Shown in pieces: positions 1-8,698 of a stretch of 37,367 bases of DNA. The position numbers and the translations under genes are program-made. The stretch covers positions 1-37,367 of the forward strand of contig JALHSW010000244.1 of NCBI GenBank assembly GCA_022865365.1, read 5' to 3'. The DNA is from Acidimicrobiia bacterium (GTDB lineage: Bacteria > Actinomycetota > Acidimicrobiia > IMCC26256 > PALSA-555). The notes beneath the pieces were generated by a model that saw only the letters and a list, made by a program, of their open reading frames with translations, did no database searches and was not told where the DNA came from. Positions within the stretch are counted from its first letter, which is position 1. Every line of letters begins with the position of its first letter.

Positions 1-719
1 CGGCGCCGGTCGTCACCGCGGCCGGCGACATGATCACGCTTCCGTGCTTGTTCCTCGCGACGTTCCTCATCACCGACGTGTCATCGGAGGCGACTACCGT
101 GTGCGCGGTCGTCGCCGCGCTCATCGGGCTGGGCGCGCTCGCGTCGAGTCTGCGGAGCCACCTTCCGGTGTTGCGCCGGATCGTGCGGGAGTCGATCCCG
201 ATCCTGCTCGCGGCAGGGACGCTCAGCACGCTGGCCGGCGTCACGATCCAGTCGCGGCTCACGTCGCTCGCCGCGGACCCGGCGCTGCTGATCGTGGTGC
301 CGCCCCTGCTGTCGCTCTCGGGGTCGCTCGCAGGGATCCTCTCGGCGCGTGTTTCGACGAAGCTCCACCTCGGGCTCGTCGACCCGTCGCGCTTCTCGAT
401 CCGTTCCGTCTCGGCCGACGTGACGCTCGTGTATGTGATCGGGATCCCGATCTTCCTCGTCCTCGGCATCGCGGCGGACGCGCTCGCGTTCGTGGCCGGG
501 TTGGGGAGTCCCGGCGTGCTGGAGCTGATCGAGCTGCTCCTGCTCGCAGGTGTGCTCGCGACCACGCTCGCGGCGCTTGTGGGCTACCTCGGCGCGGTCG
601 TGACGTACCGACTCGGGTGGGACCCCGACAACAACGGCATCCCGATGGTGTCGTCGGCGTCGGACTTCCTGGGCGCCGTCGCGCTCATGGTGTCGCTCGC
701 GGTGCTCGGGTTGACATGA
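1..719 (+). CDS. MgtE-family divalent cation (Mg2+) transporter, membrane domain; 5' end probably outside the window
   Basis: ORF 30..719 stays open in the same frame back to base 3. It is a polytopic hydrophobic protein with the MgtE/SLC41-type motif DPDNNGIPMVSSASDFLG near the C-terminus and GC3-rich codons. Confidence 0.7.
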   Translation, partial: APVVTAAGDMITLPCLFLATFLITDVSSEATTVCAVVAALIGLGALASSLRSHLPVLRRIVRESIPILLAAGTLSTLAGVTIQSRLTSLAADPALLIVVPPLLSLSGSLAGILSARVSTKLHLGLVDPSRFSIRSVSADVTLVYVIGIPIFLVLGIAADALAFVAGLGSPGVLELIELLLLAGVLATTLAALVGYLGAVVTYRLGWDPDNNGIPMVSSASDFLGAVALMVSLAVLGLT

Positions 720-747
720 CGTATCCTGAACGACGAACGAGGATGTG

Positions 748-1977
748 ATGGACGACAAGCCCCCACGGAATCTGAAAGCCATGCTCTCGGAGAGCAAGGA
801 CACCTCCGAGCTCATGGTCGACTTGGCGTACGCCGCACTGTTCTTCGCCGACGAGCACATGGCGGCCGAGGTGCTCGAGCTCGAGGAGCGCCTCAACGGC
901 CTCGTGCACGAGATGCGCGAGGTCTGCGTACTCGCGGCGCGCTCACCGCGCGACGCCGAGCAGATGTCGAGCGTGCTGCACGTCGTCTCGGCGATCGAGC
1001 GCATGGCCAATGCGGCAGTCGATGTGTCGCGGATCGTCACGCACCACCTCGGCATCCCGGCGTCACTCGTAGCCGATCTGGCTGCAGCCGAAGAGGTGTC
1101 GCACCGCGTGCGGGTGCGTCCGGAGTCCGCACTTGCGCACCGATCGCTCGCAGACGTCGAGCTCCCCGTCGAGGTCGGGATGCGGGTGGTTGCGATCCGG
1201 CGTGGCAAGGAATGGATCATCGACCCCGACGGTGACGAGACGATGATGCCAGAGGACGTGCTCATCCTGCGCGGGCCACCTGCGGGCATCAACGAGCTCC
1301 GCGAGCTCGCCGGCGCTCCCGAGTGGCGCCCGCCGACCGTGGTCGAGGATCCGGCGATCACCGACCTCGATCGTGCCGTCGACGTGCTCGTCGAGATGAA
1401 GAACGTCTCCGAAGTCGCGATCGGTCTGGCCTACTCTGCCCTGCTGTTCAACGATCAGAGCCTCGCGGCCGAGGTCAATCACCTCGAGGACCGACTCGAC
1501 GAGATGCGTGAGCGGCTCGAGGTGTGGGTCTTGCGTTCCGCGGCCGACGAGGTCGATCCGTCGCCCCTCCGAGGCCTGCTGCACCTCGGTGCCGCCGCGG
1601 AGGAGCTGGGAGACGCCGCACAGCAGATGGTGTGGCTCGTGGAGGAGCAGGAGGAGATGCACCCGATCCTGCGGGTGGCGCTCGGCGAATCCGACGAGGT
1701 CATCACCCGGGTGCCGGTCGCTCCGGGCTCGGTGCTCGACGGCGTCTCCCTGGCCGAGGCCCGCCTCGAGGTCGAGACGGGCTTCTACCTGCTCGCGATC
1801 CGGCGCGCCGGGCGGTACGTGTATCGCCCGCGCGGTCATGTGCGCCTCGCGGCCGGTGACGAGCTGATCGCGAGCGGCCCCGACGAGGGCCAACCCGTGC
1901 TTGCCGAACGCTGCGGCTACCGGTTGCTCGAGGACGACGCCACCGGCGAGATCGAGCTCGTCCCGGCTTCATCCTGA
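748..1977 (+). CDS. Cytosolic regulator with two tandem [PhoU-like helical domain + TrkA-C/RCK_C] modules
   Basis: Internal duplication is visible: LMVDLAYAALFFADEHMAAEVLELEERL vs VSEVAIGLAYSALLFNDQSLAAEVNHLEDRL. Each copy is followed by an RCK_C-like segment (VGMRVVAIRRGKEWIIDPDGDETMMPEDVLILRG; TGFYLLAIRRAGRYVYRPRGHVRLAAGDELIASG). GAGGA lies 4 nt upstream of ATG 748; GTG 745 is an alternative start. Confidence 0.75.
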   Translation: MDDKPPRNLKAMLSESKDTSELMVDLAYAALFFADEHMAAEVLELEERLNGLVHEMREVCVLAARSPRDAEQMSSVLHVVSAIERMANAAVDVSRIVTHHLGIPASLVADLAAAEEVSHRVRVRPESALAHRSLADVELPVEVGMRVVAIRRGKEWIIDPDGDETMMPEDVLILRGPPAGINELRELAGAPEWRPPTVVEDPAITDLDRAVDVLVEMKNVSEVAIGLAYSALLFNDQSLAAEVNHLEDRLDEMRERLEVWVLRSAADEVDPSPLRGLLHLGAAAEELGDAAQQMVWLVEEQEEMHPILRVALGESDEVITRVPVAPGSVLDGVSLAEARLEVETGFYLLAIRRAGRYVYRPRGHVRLAAGDELIASGPDEGQPVLAERCGYRLLEDDATGEIELVPASS

Positions 1978-2022
1978 TCGGCACGCGTACCGCGTGGTAA
2001 CGGGTGGACAATCCCTCGTCGG

Positions 2023-4428
2023 GTGCGGGCTACGTTGCCCCCCGTGACGTCGACGACTCCTGCGACGGGGCTGACCGCCGAAGCCGTGCGCGACCGCGTC
2101 GGGCGTGGGCTGACCAACGACGCGGGAGAGCGGACCAGCCGGACGTACCGCGAGATCATCAGGGCCAACGTCCTCACCCGGTTCAACGCGATCCTGGGGA
2201 CGATGCTCGCGGTCATCCTGGTCGTCGGTCCGATCCAGGACGCGACGTTCGGGCTCATCCTCGTGGCGAACGCGCTGATCGGCATCGTGCAGGAGATCCG
2301 GGCGAAGCACACCCTCGATCGGCTCGCGGTGCTCAGCGCGCCGCGGGCGCGGGTGGTTCGCGACGGAGCCCTCGAGGAGATCGCGGTCGAGGGCGTCGTC
2401 CTCGACGACCTGCTCGAGCTGCGTGCCGGCGACCAGGTGCCGGCCGACGGTGTGGTGTGCGCGGTGGATGGGCTCGAGATCGACGAGTCGCTCCTCACCG
2501 GCGAAGCCGACCCCATCGACAAGGCGGTCGACACCGAGGTGCTGTCGGGCAGCATCGTCGTGGCCGGCTCGGGCCGGTTCCAGGCGACGCGGGTGGGCCC
2601 CGATGCCTACGCGCGCAAGCTCGCGTCCGAGGCTCGCCGCTTCACGTTGGTGCAGTCCGAGCTGATGGACGGCATCAACACGCTCCTGCGCTGGATCCAG
2701 TACGCGCTCTTCCCGGTCTCGGCCCTGCTGCTCTGGCGCCAGCTCGCGAGCAACCCGGTGAACGAGGCTCTGGTGGGCGTCGTGGCGGCCGTCGTCGGGA
2801 TGGTGCCCGAAGGACTCGTGCTCCTGACGAGTCTGGCGTTCGGGATCGCCGCGGTCTCGCTCGCTCGCCGCAACGTGCTCGTGCAGGAGCTCCCTGCGGT
2901 GGAGGTCCTCGCTCGGGTGGACGTCGTGTGTCTCGACAAGACGGGAACGCTCACCGAGGGAGACGTGGCGTTCGATCGCATCGACTTGCTCGACGGGGCC
3001 GACGAACGGGACGTGCGGTCGGCGCTCGGTGCGCTCGCCGACGACGAGAACCGCAATGCCACGCTCGCCGCCATCGGTCAGGCCTGCCCCGCGCCGGGAT
3101 GGGAGCGCACCGGGGCCATCCCGTTCTCCTCGGGGCGCAAGTGGAGCGGTGCGAGCTTCGCCGGACACCGATCATGGGTCATCGGCGCTCCGGAGATGAT
3201 CCTCGCCGATGCCCCCGACGGTCCGGTTCGCCGACAGGCCGACGAGCTGGCCGCCACGGGAAGCCGGGTGCTGCTGCTCGGATGTGCCGACGCGCCACTC
3301 GAGGGGGAGGTGCTCCCGCCCGGCCTCACCCCGGCTGCGCTCGTGCTGCTGGAGGAGAAGATCCGACCCGACGCAACCGATACCCTGGCGTACTTCACGG
3401 ACCAGGGCGTCGCGCTCAAGGTGATCTCGGGAGACAACCCGCGCACGGTCGGCGCGGTCGCTCGCCGCGTGGGGCTCCCGGGCGCCGGGGCCGCGATCGA
3501 CGCCCGCGAGCTGCCCGAGGACCAGGACGCCCTGGCCGAGGTCCTCGAGCACAACGCGGTCTTCGGTCGGGTCACGCCGCACCAGAAGCGGGCCATGGTG
3601 ACGGCCCTGCAGTCCCGCGGGCACGTCGTGGCGATGACTGGCGACGGCGTGAACGATGCGCTCGCGCTCAAGGACGCCGACATCGGGGTCGCGATGGGCT
3701 CCGGCGCTGCGGCCACGCGTGCCGTGGCGCAGCTCGTGCTGCTCGACGGGAAGTTCGCGACGATGCCCGGGGTCGTGGCCGAAGGGCGCCGCGTGATCGC
3801 GAACATCGAGCGGTCGGCGAACCTGTTCGTGACCAAGACGGTGTACGCGGTGCTCCTCGCCGTTGCCGTCGTCCTGACCGGCATCCGGTATCCGTTCCTC
3901 CCGCGCCACCTGACGATCGTGAGTACGTTCACGATCGGCATCCCCGGCTTCGTGCTCGCGCTCGCGCCGAACACGCGTCGGTACGTCCCCGGCTTTCTCG
4001 ACCGGGTGCTGCGCTTCTGCATCCCCGCCGGTGTGGTCGCCGGTCTGGCCTCGTTGGTGACGTACTGGTTCACCCGGTTCGAGGAGGACCTGTCGCTCAA
4101 GGAGTCCCGAACGACCACGGCGCTGGTGCTCATCGTGATCGGTCTGTGGGTGCTCGTGATCCTGGCGAGGCCGTTCAACTGGTGGAAGGCGCTCCTCGTG
4201 GGTTCGATGGCCGGGAGCGTCGCGCTCATCCTGCTCATCGAGCCGCTCAGCGAGTTCTACGCGCTCGAGCTCCCCGACGCGCGCGTGTTCGGCCAGGCGA
4301 TGTTGATTGCCGCGACGGGCATCCTCCTGCTCGAGATCGGGTGGCGGGCGTCACGCCGGATCGGGCGGCGCCGAGCTGGGACCGAGATCGCAGTCGAGGA
4401 AGCCGAGGAAGGCGCGGCCGCGCCCTGA
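2023..4428 (+). CDS. Cation-translocating P-type ATPase (mycobacterial CtpE-like, about 800 aa)
   Basis: Motifs LTGEADP (actuator), MVPEGL, CLDKTGTLT (phospho-Asp) and TGDGVNDALALKDADIGVAMG. The N-terminus resembles my recollection of CtpE (RANVLTRFNAILG...VQEIRAKHTLDRL). The GTG start is uncertain. Confidence 0.9.
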   Translation: MRATLPPVTSTTPATGLTAEAVRDRVGRGLTNDAGERTSRTYREIIRANVLTRFNAILGTMLAVILVVGPIQDATFGLILVANALIGIVQEIRAKHTLDRLAVLSAPRARVVRDGALEEIAVEGVVLDDLLELRAGDQVPADGVVCAVDGLEIDESLLTGEADPIDKAVDTEVLSGSIVVAGSGRFQATRVGPDAYARKLASEARRFTLVQSELMDGINTLLRWIQYALFPVSALLLWRQLASNPVNEALVGVVAAVVGMVPEGLVLLTSLAFGIAAVSLARRNVLVQELPAVEVLARVDVVCLDKTGTLTEGDVAFDRIDLLDGADERDVRSALGALADDENRNATLAAIGQACPAPGWERTGAIPFSSGRKWSGASFAGHRSWVIGAPEMILADAPDGPVRRQADELAATGSRVLLLGCADAPLEGEVLPPGLTPAALVLLEEKIRPDATDTLAYFTDQGVALKVISGDNPRTVGAVARRVGLPGAGAAIDARELPEDQDALAEVLEHNAVFGRVTPHQKRAMVTALQSRGHVVAMTGDGVNDALALKDADIGVAMGSGAAATRAVAQLVLLDGKFATMPGVVAEGRRVIANIERSANLFVTKTVYAVLLAVAVVLTGIRYPFLPRHLTIVSTFTIGIPGFVLALAPNTRRYVPGFLDRVLRFCIPAGVVAGLASLVTYWFTRFEEDLSLKESRTTTALVLIVIGLWVLVILARPFNWWKALLVGSMAGSVALILLIEPLSEFYALELPDARVFGQAMLIAATGILLLEIGWRASRRIGRRRAGTEIAVEEAEEGAAAP

Positions 4429-4444
4429 CGCCGCGGGGCTCAGG
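4424..4444. terminator. Candidate bidirectional hairpin spanning the convergent stop codons of the ATPase and hpf
   Basis: cctga-c-gcc[gcgg]ggc-tcagg gives 8 bp with one bulge. There is no U-tract. It includes TGA 4426-4428 (+) and TGA 4442-4440 (-). Confidence 0.3.
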
Positions 4445-5219
4445 CGGCAGCGGTGATGAGCCCGTAGTGGCCGTCGTAGCGCCGATAGAGCACCTGGCCC
4501 CGGCCCGAGGCCGCGTCGCGGGAGAAGACGAAACGGTCGTCGGACAGGTCAAGCAGCTCGACGGCGTCCTCCAACGTCATTGTCGGGGCGTGGCGGGGGC
4601 TCAGGCTGATCGGGGCGACGGAGTCGATGACCCCATTCGGCTCGGAGCAGAGCAGCTCGTAGCCGGCACCGTCCGCGCGGGCCACGACGCAGTCGGCGCC
4701 GCTGCCGGCGTCCTGGAAGAGGTAGAACGCGTGGTCGAGGAGCTCGAGGTCGAGGACTGCCTCGTCGGGCGTCATCGGGGCGACGGCGAACGTCTTGTGT
4801 CGGACGACCTCCCGCTCGTCCGGCGGGCGCGGGTGGTAGTGCGGGCGATGCGCGGCCGGATCGCCGTGGTGCCACGACTGGTCGGCCCGATGGCGCAGAC
4901 GGCGTGCCGCCGGCGCATCGGCGAGGCGCTCGAGGCGCTGACGAAGCCGGGCCTCGACGAGGTCGACCGCGGCGAACATCGTGGCCGCCGCGACGTGGGC
5001 GCGTACGAGACGCCCGTTGACGTCGAGCTCGGCCTTCACGATCGCCGGACGCTCACGGGCCGGGTCGGTCTCGGACACGAGATCGGCCTTGGCGAAGAGC
5101 ACCGGGCCGGGAGCGATCCGGAGCAGGTGGGTGATCTTGCGAGACGCGTACGCGCGCTCTGCCCTCGTTACCGGTCCGGTCGCGTGCACGGTGACCTCGG
5201 GGCGCGTGGCCTCCATCAT
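4440..5219 (-). CDS. hpf: Long ribosome hibernation promoting factor (S30AE/RaiA N-domain) with two tandem C-terminal dimerisation-type domains
   Basis: The N-terminus (VTVHATG..AYASRKITHLLRI...VKAELDVNGRLVRAHVAAATMFAAVDLVEARLRQRLER) fits the RaiA/HPF fold pattern. Two HPF C-terminal-like segments follow (KTFAVAPMTPDEAVLDLELLDHAFYLFQD...; APTMTLEDAVELLDLSDDRFVFSRDAASGRGQVLYRRYDGHYGLI). GAGGAGG lies upstream of ATGATG at 5219. Confidence 0.85.
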   Translation of the reverse strand: MMEATRPEVTVHATGPVTRAERAYASRKITHLLRIAPGPVLFAKADLVSETDPARERPAIVKAELDVNGRLVRAHVAAATMFAAVDLVEARLRQRLERLADAPAARRLRHRADQSWHHGDPAAHRPHYHPRPPDEREVVRHKTFAVAPMTPDEAVLDLELLDHAFYLFQDAGSGADCVVARADGAGYELLCSEPNGVIDSVAPISLSPRHAPTMTLEDAVELLDLSDDRFVFSRDAASGRGQVLYRRYDGHYGLITAAA

Positions 5220-5237
5220 TCTTCCAGCCTCCTCTTC

Positions 5238-5260
5238 GACGCCAGACGGCTGCTGGCGTC
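5238..5260 (-). promoter_or_regulatory. Perfect 8-bp stem / 7-nt loop inverted repeat directly 5' of the hpf Shine-Dalgarno
   Basis: gacgccag-acggctg-ctggcgtc. On the minus-strand mRNA it ends 2 nt before the purine tract AAGAGGAGG that carries the SD. It could be an operator palindrome or a 5'UTR hairpin. Confidence 0.35.
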
Positions 5261-5385
5261 TCTCGCTCTCCTCATGGGGTGATCGTCGGGCCGTTCGCTC
5301 CGGCGGGCAAGGGCCAGAGGTCACTCAAACAGGGCCACTCGGTCCTGGGGCGGGCGCCTACCCATGGCGTACGGTCGCCCTGGTG

Positions 5386-8025
5386 ATGTCGACGGAGTCG
5401 TCCTCGGGGGCGACGGGCGCAGCAGGGCTCTCGACCGCCGAGGCCGCCACCCGCCTCGAGCGCGACGGTCTCAACATCCTGCCCGTCCCCGCTCCCACCC
5501 CGGCGTGGCGGCAGTTCGCGGGCGAGCTGTTCCACTTCTTCGCGCTGCTCTTCTGGGTGGCCGGGGCCCTGGCCTTCGTCGCGGGGCTGCCGCAGCTCGG
5601 CGTCGCCGTGTTCATCGTCATCCTGCTCAACGCGGTATTCGCCTTCGCGCAGCAGCAGCGGGCCCAGCGGGCCGCCGAGCGCCTTCGGGACCTGTTGCCG
5701 CGTCGGGCCACCGTCGTGCGTGACGGTCGGCCGGTCGAGATTCCCGCCGAGGAGCTCGTCGTGGGCGACCTGGTAGCGCTCGAGGGCGGTGACCGTGTCT
5801 CGGCGGATCTCGCGCTCACGGTCGTGCACGCCCTGACCGTGGATACCTCGATGCTCACCGGAGAGAGCGCCCCGACCCGACCCGAACCGGGCGACCCGCT
5901 GTACGCCGGTTGCTTCGCGGTCGAAGGGCAAGCCCGAGCGGTCGTCACGGCCACGGCCGGCGCGACGCGCCTGGCGGAGATCGCCAGTCTGACCCACACA
6001 CAGCATCCGCACCACACCCCGATTCGCAAGGAGCTCGATCGCGTCTCACGCTTGATCGCGGCGGTCGCGATCACGGTCGGCGTGGGGTTCTTCGGCGTCG
6101 CCCTGCTCGTAGGTACGCCCGCGTCGGACGGTTTCCTGTTCGCGGTCGGCGTCACGGTCGCGGTCGTGCCCGAAGGCCTGCTGCCCACGGTCACGCTCGC
6201 CCTCGCGATCGGCGCCCAACGGATGGCAGCTCGTCGGGCGTTGGCCCGGAACCTGGAGGCGGTCGAGACCCTCGGGTCCACCACCTTCATCTGCACCGAC
6301 AAGACCGGGACCCTCACGCGCAACGAGATGGCGGTCGTGGAGGTCTGGACGCCGCGAGGATCCGCACACGTCGTCGGGACCGGGTACGAGCCGACCGGGA
6401 CGATCGACGTCACCGATCCCGTGCTCCTCGAGGACCTGAGCGAGATCGCACGCGTCGCGACTCGGTGCTCGACGGGGCGGGTGGTCGAAGAGGACGGCGC
6501 GTGGGTGCCACTCGGGGACCCGATGGAAGCGGCGCTCGACGTGCTGGCTCGCCGGACCGGGGTGAACGTCGAACGCGACGCCGCGGTCCATGTCGAGACC
6601 CGACGCTTCCCGTTCGACCCGCGCCGCCGGCGGATGTCCGTGGTCGCCGGCGGCGTCGTCCTCGTGAAGGGTGCGCCCGACGCCGTGCTGCCGCGTTGCG
6701 TCGTGCCACCGGGTGCCACGGACGCGCTCGAAGGGCTCGCCAGCCGCGGGTTGCGGGTGTTGGCCGTGGCCCGGCGGGCCGTTGGCGCGACCCTGCCCGG
6801 CTCGGCGGACGCCGCGGAGCAGGATCTCGACCTGCTCGGACTCGTCGCACTGCATGACCCGCCGCGCGAGAGCGCAGCGTTCGCGATCGCCGAGTGTCGT
6901 CGGGCCGGGGTCAAGGTCGCGATGGTCACGGGCGATCACCCGTCGACGGCCCGCGCGATCGCGGAGGAGGTGGGGCTCGCAGGATCCGACGGCCTGGTCG
7001 TCGTGGGCCATGACCTCCCCGACGACGAAGCACTGCTCGGCGCGCTCGTCGATCGTGACGGGGTCGTCGTCGCGCGGGTGTCACCCGAGGACAAGCTGCG
7101 GATCGCCCGTGCGTTGCGGGCGCGAGGGAACACGGTCGCGATGACCGGCGACGGCGTGAACGACGCCCCCGCGCTCCACGAGGCGGACATCGGTGTCGCG
7201 ATGGGTCGGTCGGGCACCGATGTCGCCCGTGAGGCAGCCGACCTCGTGCTCCTCGACGACGACTTCGCGACGGTCGTCGCCGCGATCGAACAGGGGCGAT
7301 CGACGTTCTCGAACATCCGCCGATTCCTGACCTACCACCTCACCGACAACGTTGCCGAGCTCACGCCGTTCGTGGTCTGGGCGCTCTCGGGAGGCAGGTT
7401 CCCGCTCGCGATCGGTGTGCTCCAGGTGCTCGCGCTCGACATCGTTACCGACATCCTCCCGGCGCTCGCGCTCGGCGCAGAGCCGCCCGGTGCGCATCTC
7501 CTCGAAGGACCGCCCATCCGACGGCACCTGCTCGACCGGGGGCTGTTCGTCCGGGCGTTCGGGGTCCTCGGGCCGGTCGAGGCCTTCATCTCGCTGCTCG
7601 CGTTCGTGATGACGTTCTTCGCCGAGGGGTGGCGTCCCGGGGAGTCGTTCCCCACCGGCCCGACGTTGCTCGCGGCGTCGGGTGCGGCGTTCACCGCCAT
7701 CGTGCTCGGGCAGGCCGCGAACGCCTTTGCCTGTCGCAGCACCGTGCTGCCGCCCTGGCGCATCGGCTGGACGACGAACCGTCTGCTGCTGTGGGCCGTC
7801 GCCGCCGAGCTCGCGATGCTCCTCGGCTTCCTCTACTTCCCGCCGCTCGCGGACTTGCTCGGGCAGGCGCCGCCATCGTGGGCCGGGTTCGGCGTCGCGT
7901 TGCTCGCGATGCCGGCGGTGCTCGCGGCCGATGCCACCCAGAAGGCCCGGCTCCGCCGGCGGTGGTCGCTCCCGCAGGAGCGCACCGCGAGGAGTGCGGC
8001 GTCGCTCAGACCGAAGTCCCGATGA
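5386..8025 (+). CDS. Cation-translocating P-type ATPase, type II (Ca2+/CtpF-like, about 879 aa)
   Basis: Motifs LTGESAP, VPEGLLPTVT, CTDKTGTLTRNEM, VTGDHPSTA and TGDGVNDAPALHEADIGVAMG. The ORF-track start 4981 is antisense to hpf, so I use ATG 5386 (GTG 5383 is an alternative). Confidence 0.9.
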   Translation: MSTESSSGATGAAGLSTAEAATRLERDGLNILPVPAPTPAWRQFAGELFHFFALLFWVAGALAFVAGLPQLGVAVFIVILLNAVFAFAQQQRAQRAAERLRDLLPRRATVVRDGRPVEIPAEELVVGDLVALEGGDRVSADLALTVVHALTVDTSMLTGESAPTRPEPGDPLYAGCFAVEGQARAVVTATAGATRLAEIASLTHTQHPHHTPIRKELDRVSRLIAAVAITVGVGFFGVALLVGTPASDGFLFAVGVTVAVVPEGLLPTVTLALAIGAQRMAARRALARNLEAVETLGSTTFICTDKTGTLTRNEMAVVEVWTPRGSAHVVGTGYEPTGTIDVTDPVLLEDLSEIARVATRCSTGRVVEEDGAWVPLGDPMEAALDVLARRTGVNVERDAAVHVETRRFPFDPRRRRMSVVAGGVVLVKGAPDAVLPRCVVPPGATDALEGLASRGLRVLAVARRAVGATLPGSADAAEQDLDLLGLVALHDPPRESAAFAIAECRRAGVKVAMVTGDHPSTARAIAEEVGLAGSDGLVVVGHDLPDDEALLGALVDRDGVVVARVSPEDKLRIARALRARGNTVAMTGDGVNDAPALHEADIGVAMGRSGTDVAREAADLVLLDDDFATVVAAIEQGRSTFSNIRRFLTYHLTDNVAELTPFVVWALSGGRFPLAIGVLQVLALDIVTDILPALALGAEPPGAHLLEGPPIRRHLLDRGLFVRAFGVLGPVEAFISLLAFVMTFFAEGWRPGESFPTGPTLLAASGAAFTAIVLGQAANAFACRSTVLPPWRIGWTTNRLLLWAVAAELAMLLGFLYFPPLADLLGQAPPSWAGFGVALLAMPAVLAADATQKARLRRRWSLPQERTARSAASLRPKSR

Positions 8026-8698
8026 GGTTGCCGACGAGCGCGGTGATCGCCATCGCGGCGCCGCCGCCGACGAGCACCCGGAGCGCGGCGCGCGGGACGG
8101 GGGCCCCACCGAGGCGGCCGCCGACCGCACCGGTGATAGCGAGGACCACGAGTGCCGCGATCGCGATGACCGCGATCGGGTCGATCCCACCCGCGACGGC
8201 CAGCGCGAGCAGCGGGATGGCGGCACCGAGGCCGAAGCTGATGACCGAGACGAAGGCGGCTTGCCACGGTCGAGCCTTGGTGGCGTGGGTGATGCCGAGC
8301 TCGTCGCGCAGGTGCGCCCCGAGTGGATCGGCGGCGGTGAGCTGCTCGGCGACCGAGCGGGCGAGCACCGGCTCGAGGCCTCGCTGCACGTAGATGTGGG
8401 TGAGCTCGTTGAGCTCGGAGTCTGGTGACTTCTGGAGCTCGGCCTCCTCCTTGCGGATGTCGGCGTTCTCGGTGTCGCGCTGAGAGCTGACCGATACATA
8501 CTCGCCGACGGCCATCGACATCGCCCCCGCGGCCAAGCCGGCGAGGCCCGCGACCGCGATCGCGCTGGTCGACGCGCTGGATGCGGCGACACCGATCATG
8601 AGGCTGGCCGTCGAGACGATGCCGTCGTTCGCGCCGAGCACCGCGGCACGCAGCCAACCGATGCGCTCGAAACGATGGCGCTCGCGATGGGGGAGCAT
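8006..8698 (-). CDS. VIT1/CCC1-family iron/manganese transporter
   Basis: RAAVLGANDGIVSTASLMIGVA signature, a central acidic cytosolic stretch and C-terminal TM helices. Start ATG 8698 overlaps the corA stop (ATGA). Confidence 0.8.
   Translation of the reverse strand: MLPHRERHRFERIGWLRAAVLGANDGIVSTASLMIGVAASSASTSAIAVAGLAGLAAGAMSMAVGEYVSVSSQRDTENADIRKEEAELQKSPDSELNELTHIYVQRGLEPVLARSVAEQLTAADPLGAHLRDELGITHATKARPWQAAFVSVISFGLGAAIPLLALAVAGGIDPIAVIAIAALVVLAITGAVGGRLGGAPVPRAALRVLVGGGAAMAITALVGNLIGTSV

Noticed and set aside
81-1361. 426-aa minus-strand ORF (and similar ones at 1969..3168, 3078..4238, 5358..6929 and 7081..8592)
   Set aside because: They are antisense to ORFs with clear transporter or regulator motifs. 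Their Ser/Arg/Thr/Pro-rich low-complexity translations mark them as shadow ORFs.
2004-5282. 1092-aa ORF on the plus strand spanning the CtpE-like ATPase and hpf
   Set aside because: The composition is extremely Arg/Gly/Pro/Ala-rich with no motifs. It is an alternative frame of the motif-bearing ATPase ORF and antisense to hpf, which is a typical GC-rich frame artefact.
5332-5346. DosR-box-like imperfect palindrome GGGCCACTCGGTCCT in the hpf/ATPase spacer
   Set aside because: Compared with the remembered consensus GGGACTWWAGTCCC, the half-site spacing is off by one and several bases differ. I cannot support a DosR site without a matrix scan.
4981-5385. 5' extension of the second P-type ATPase ORF
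   Set aside because: It overlaps hpf on the opposite strand and has an Arg/Ser-rich translation. The recognisable ATPase N-terminus begins at MSTESS (5386).
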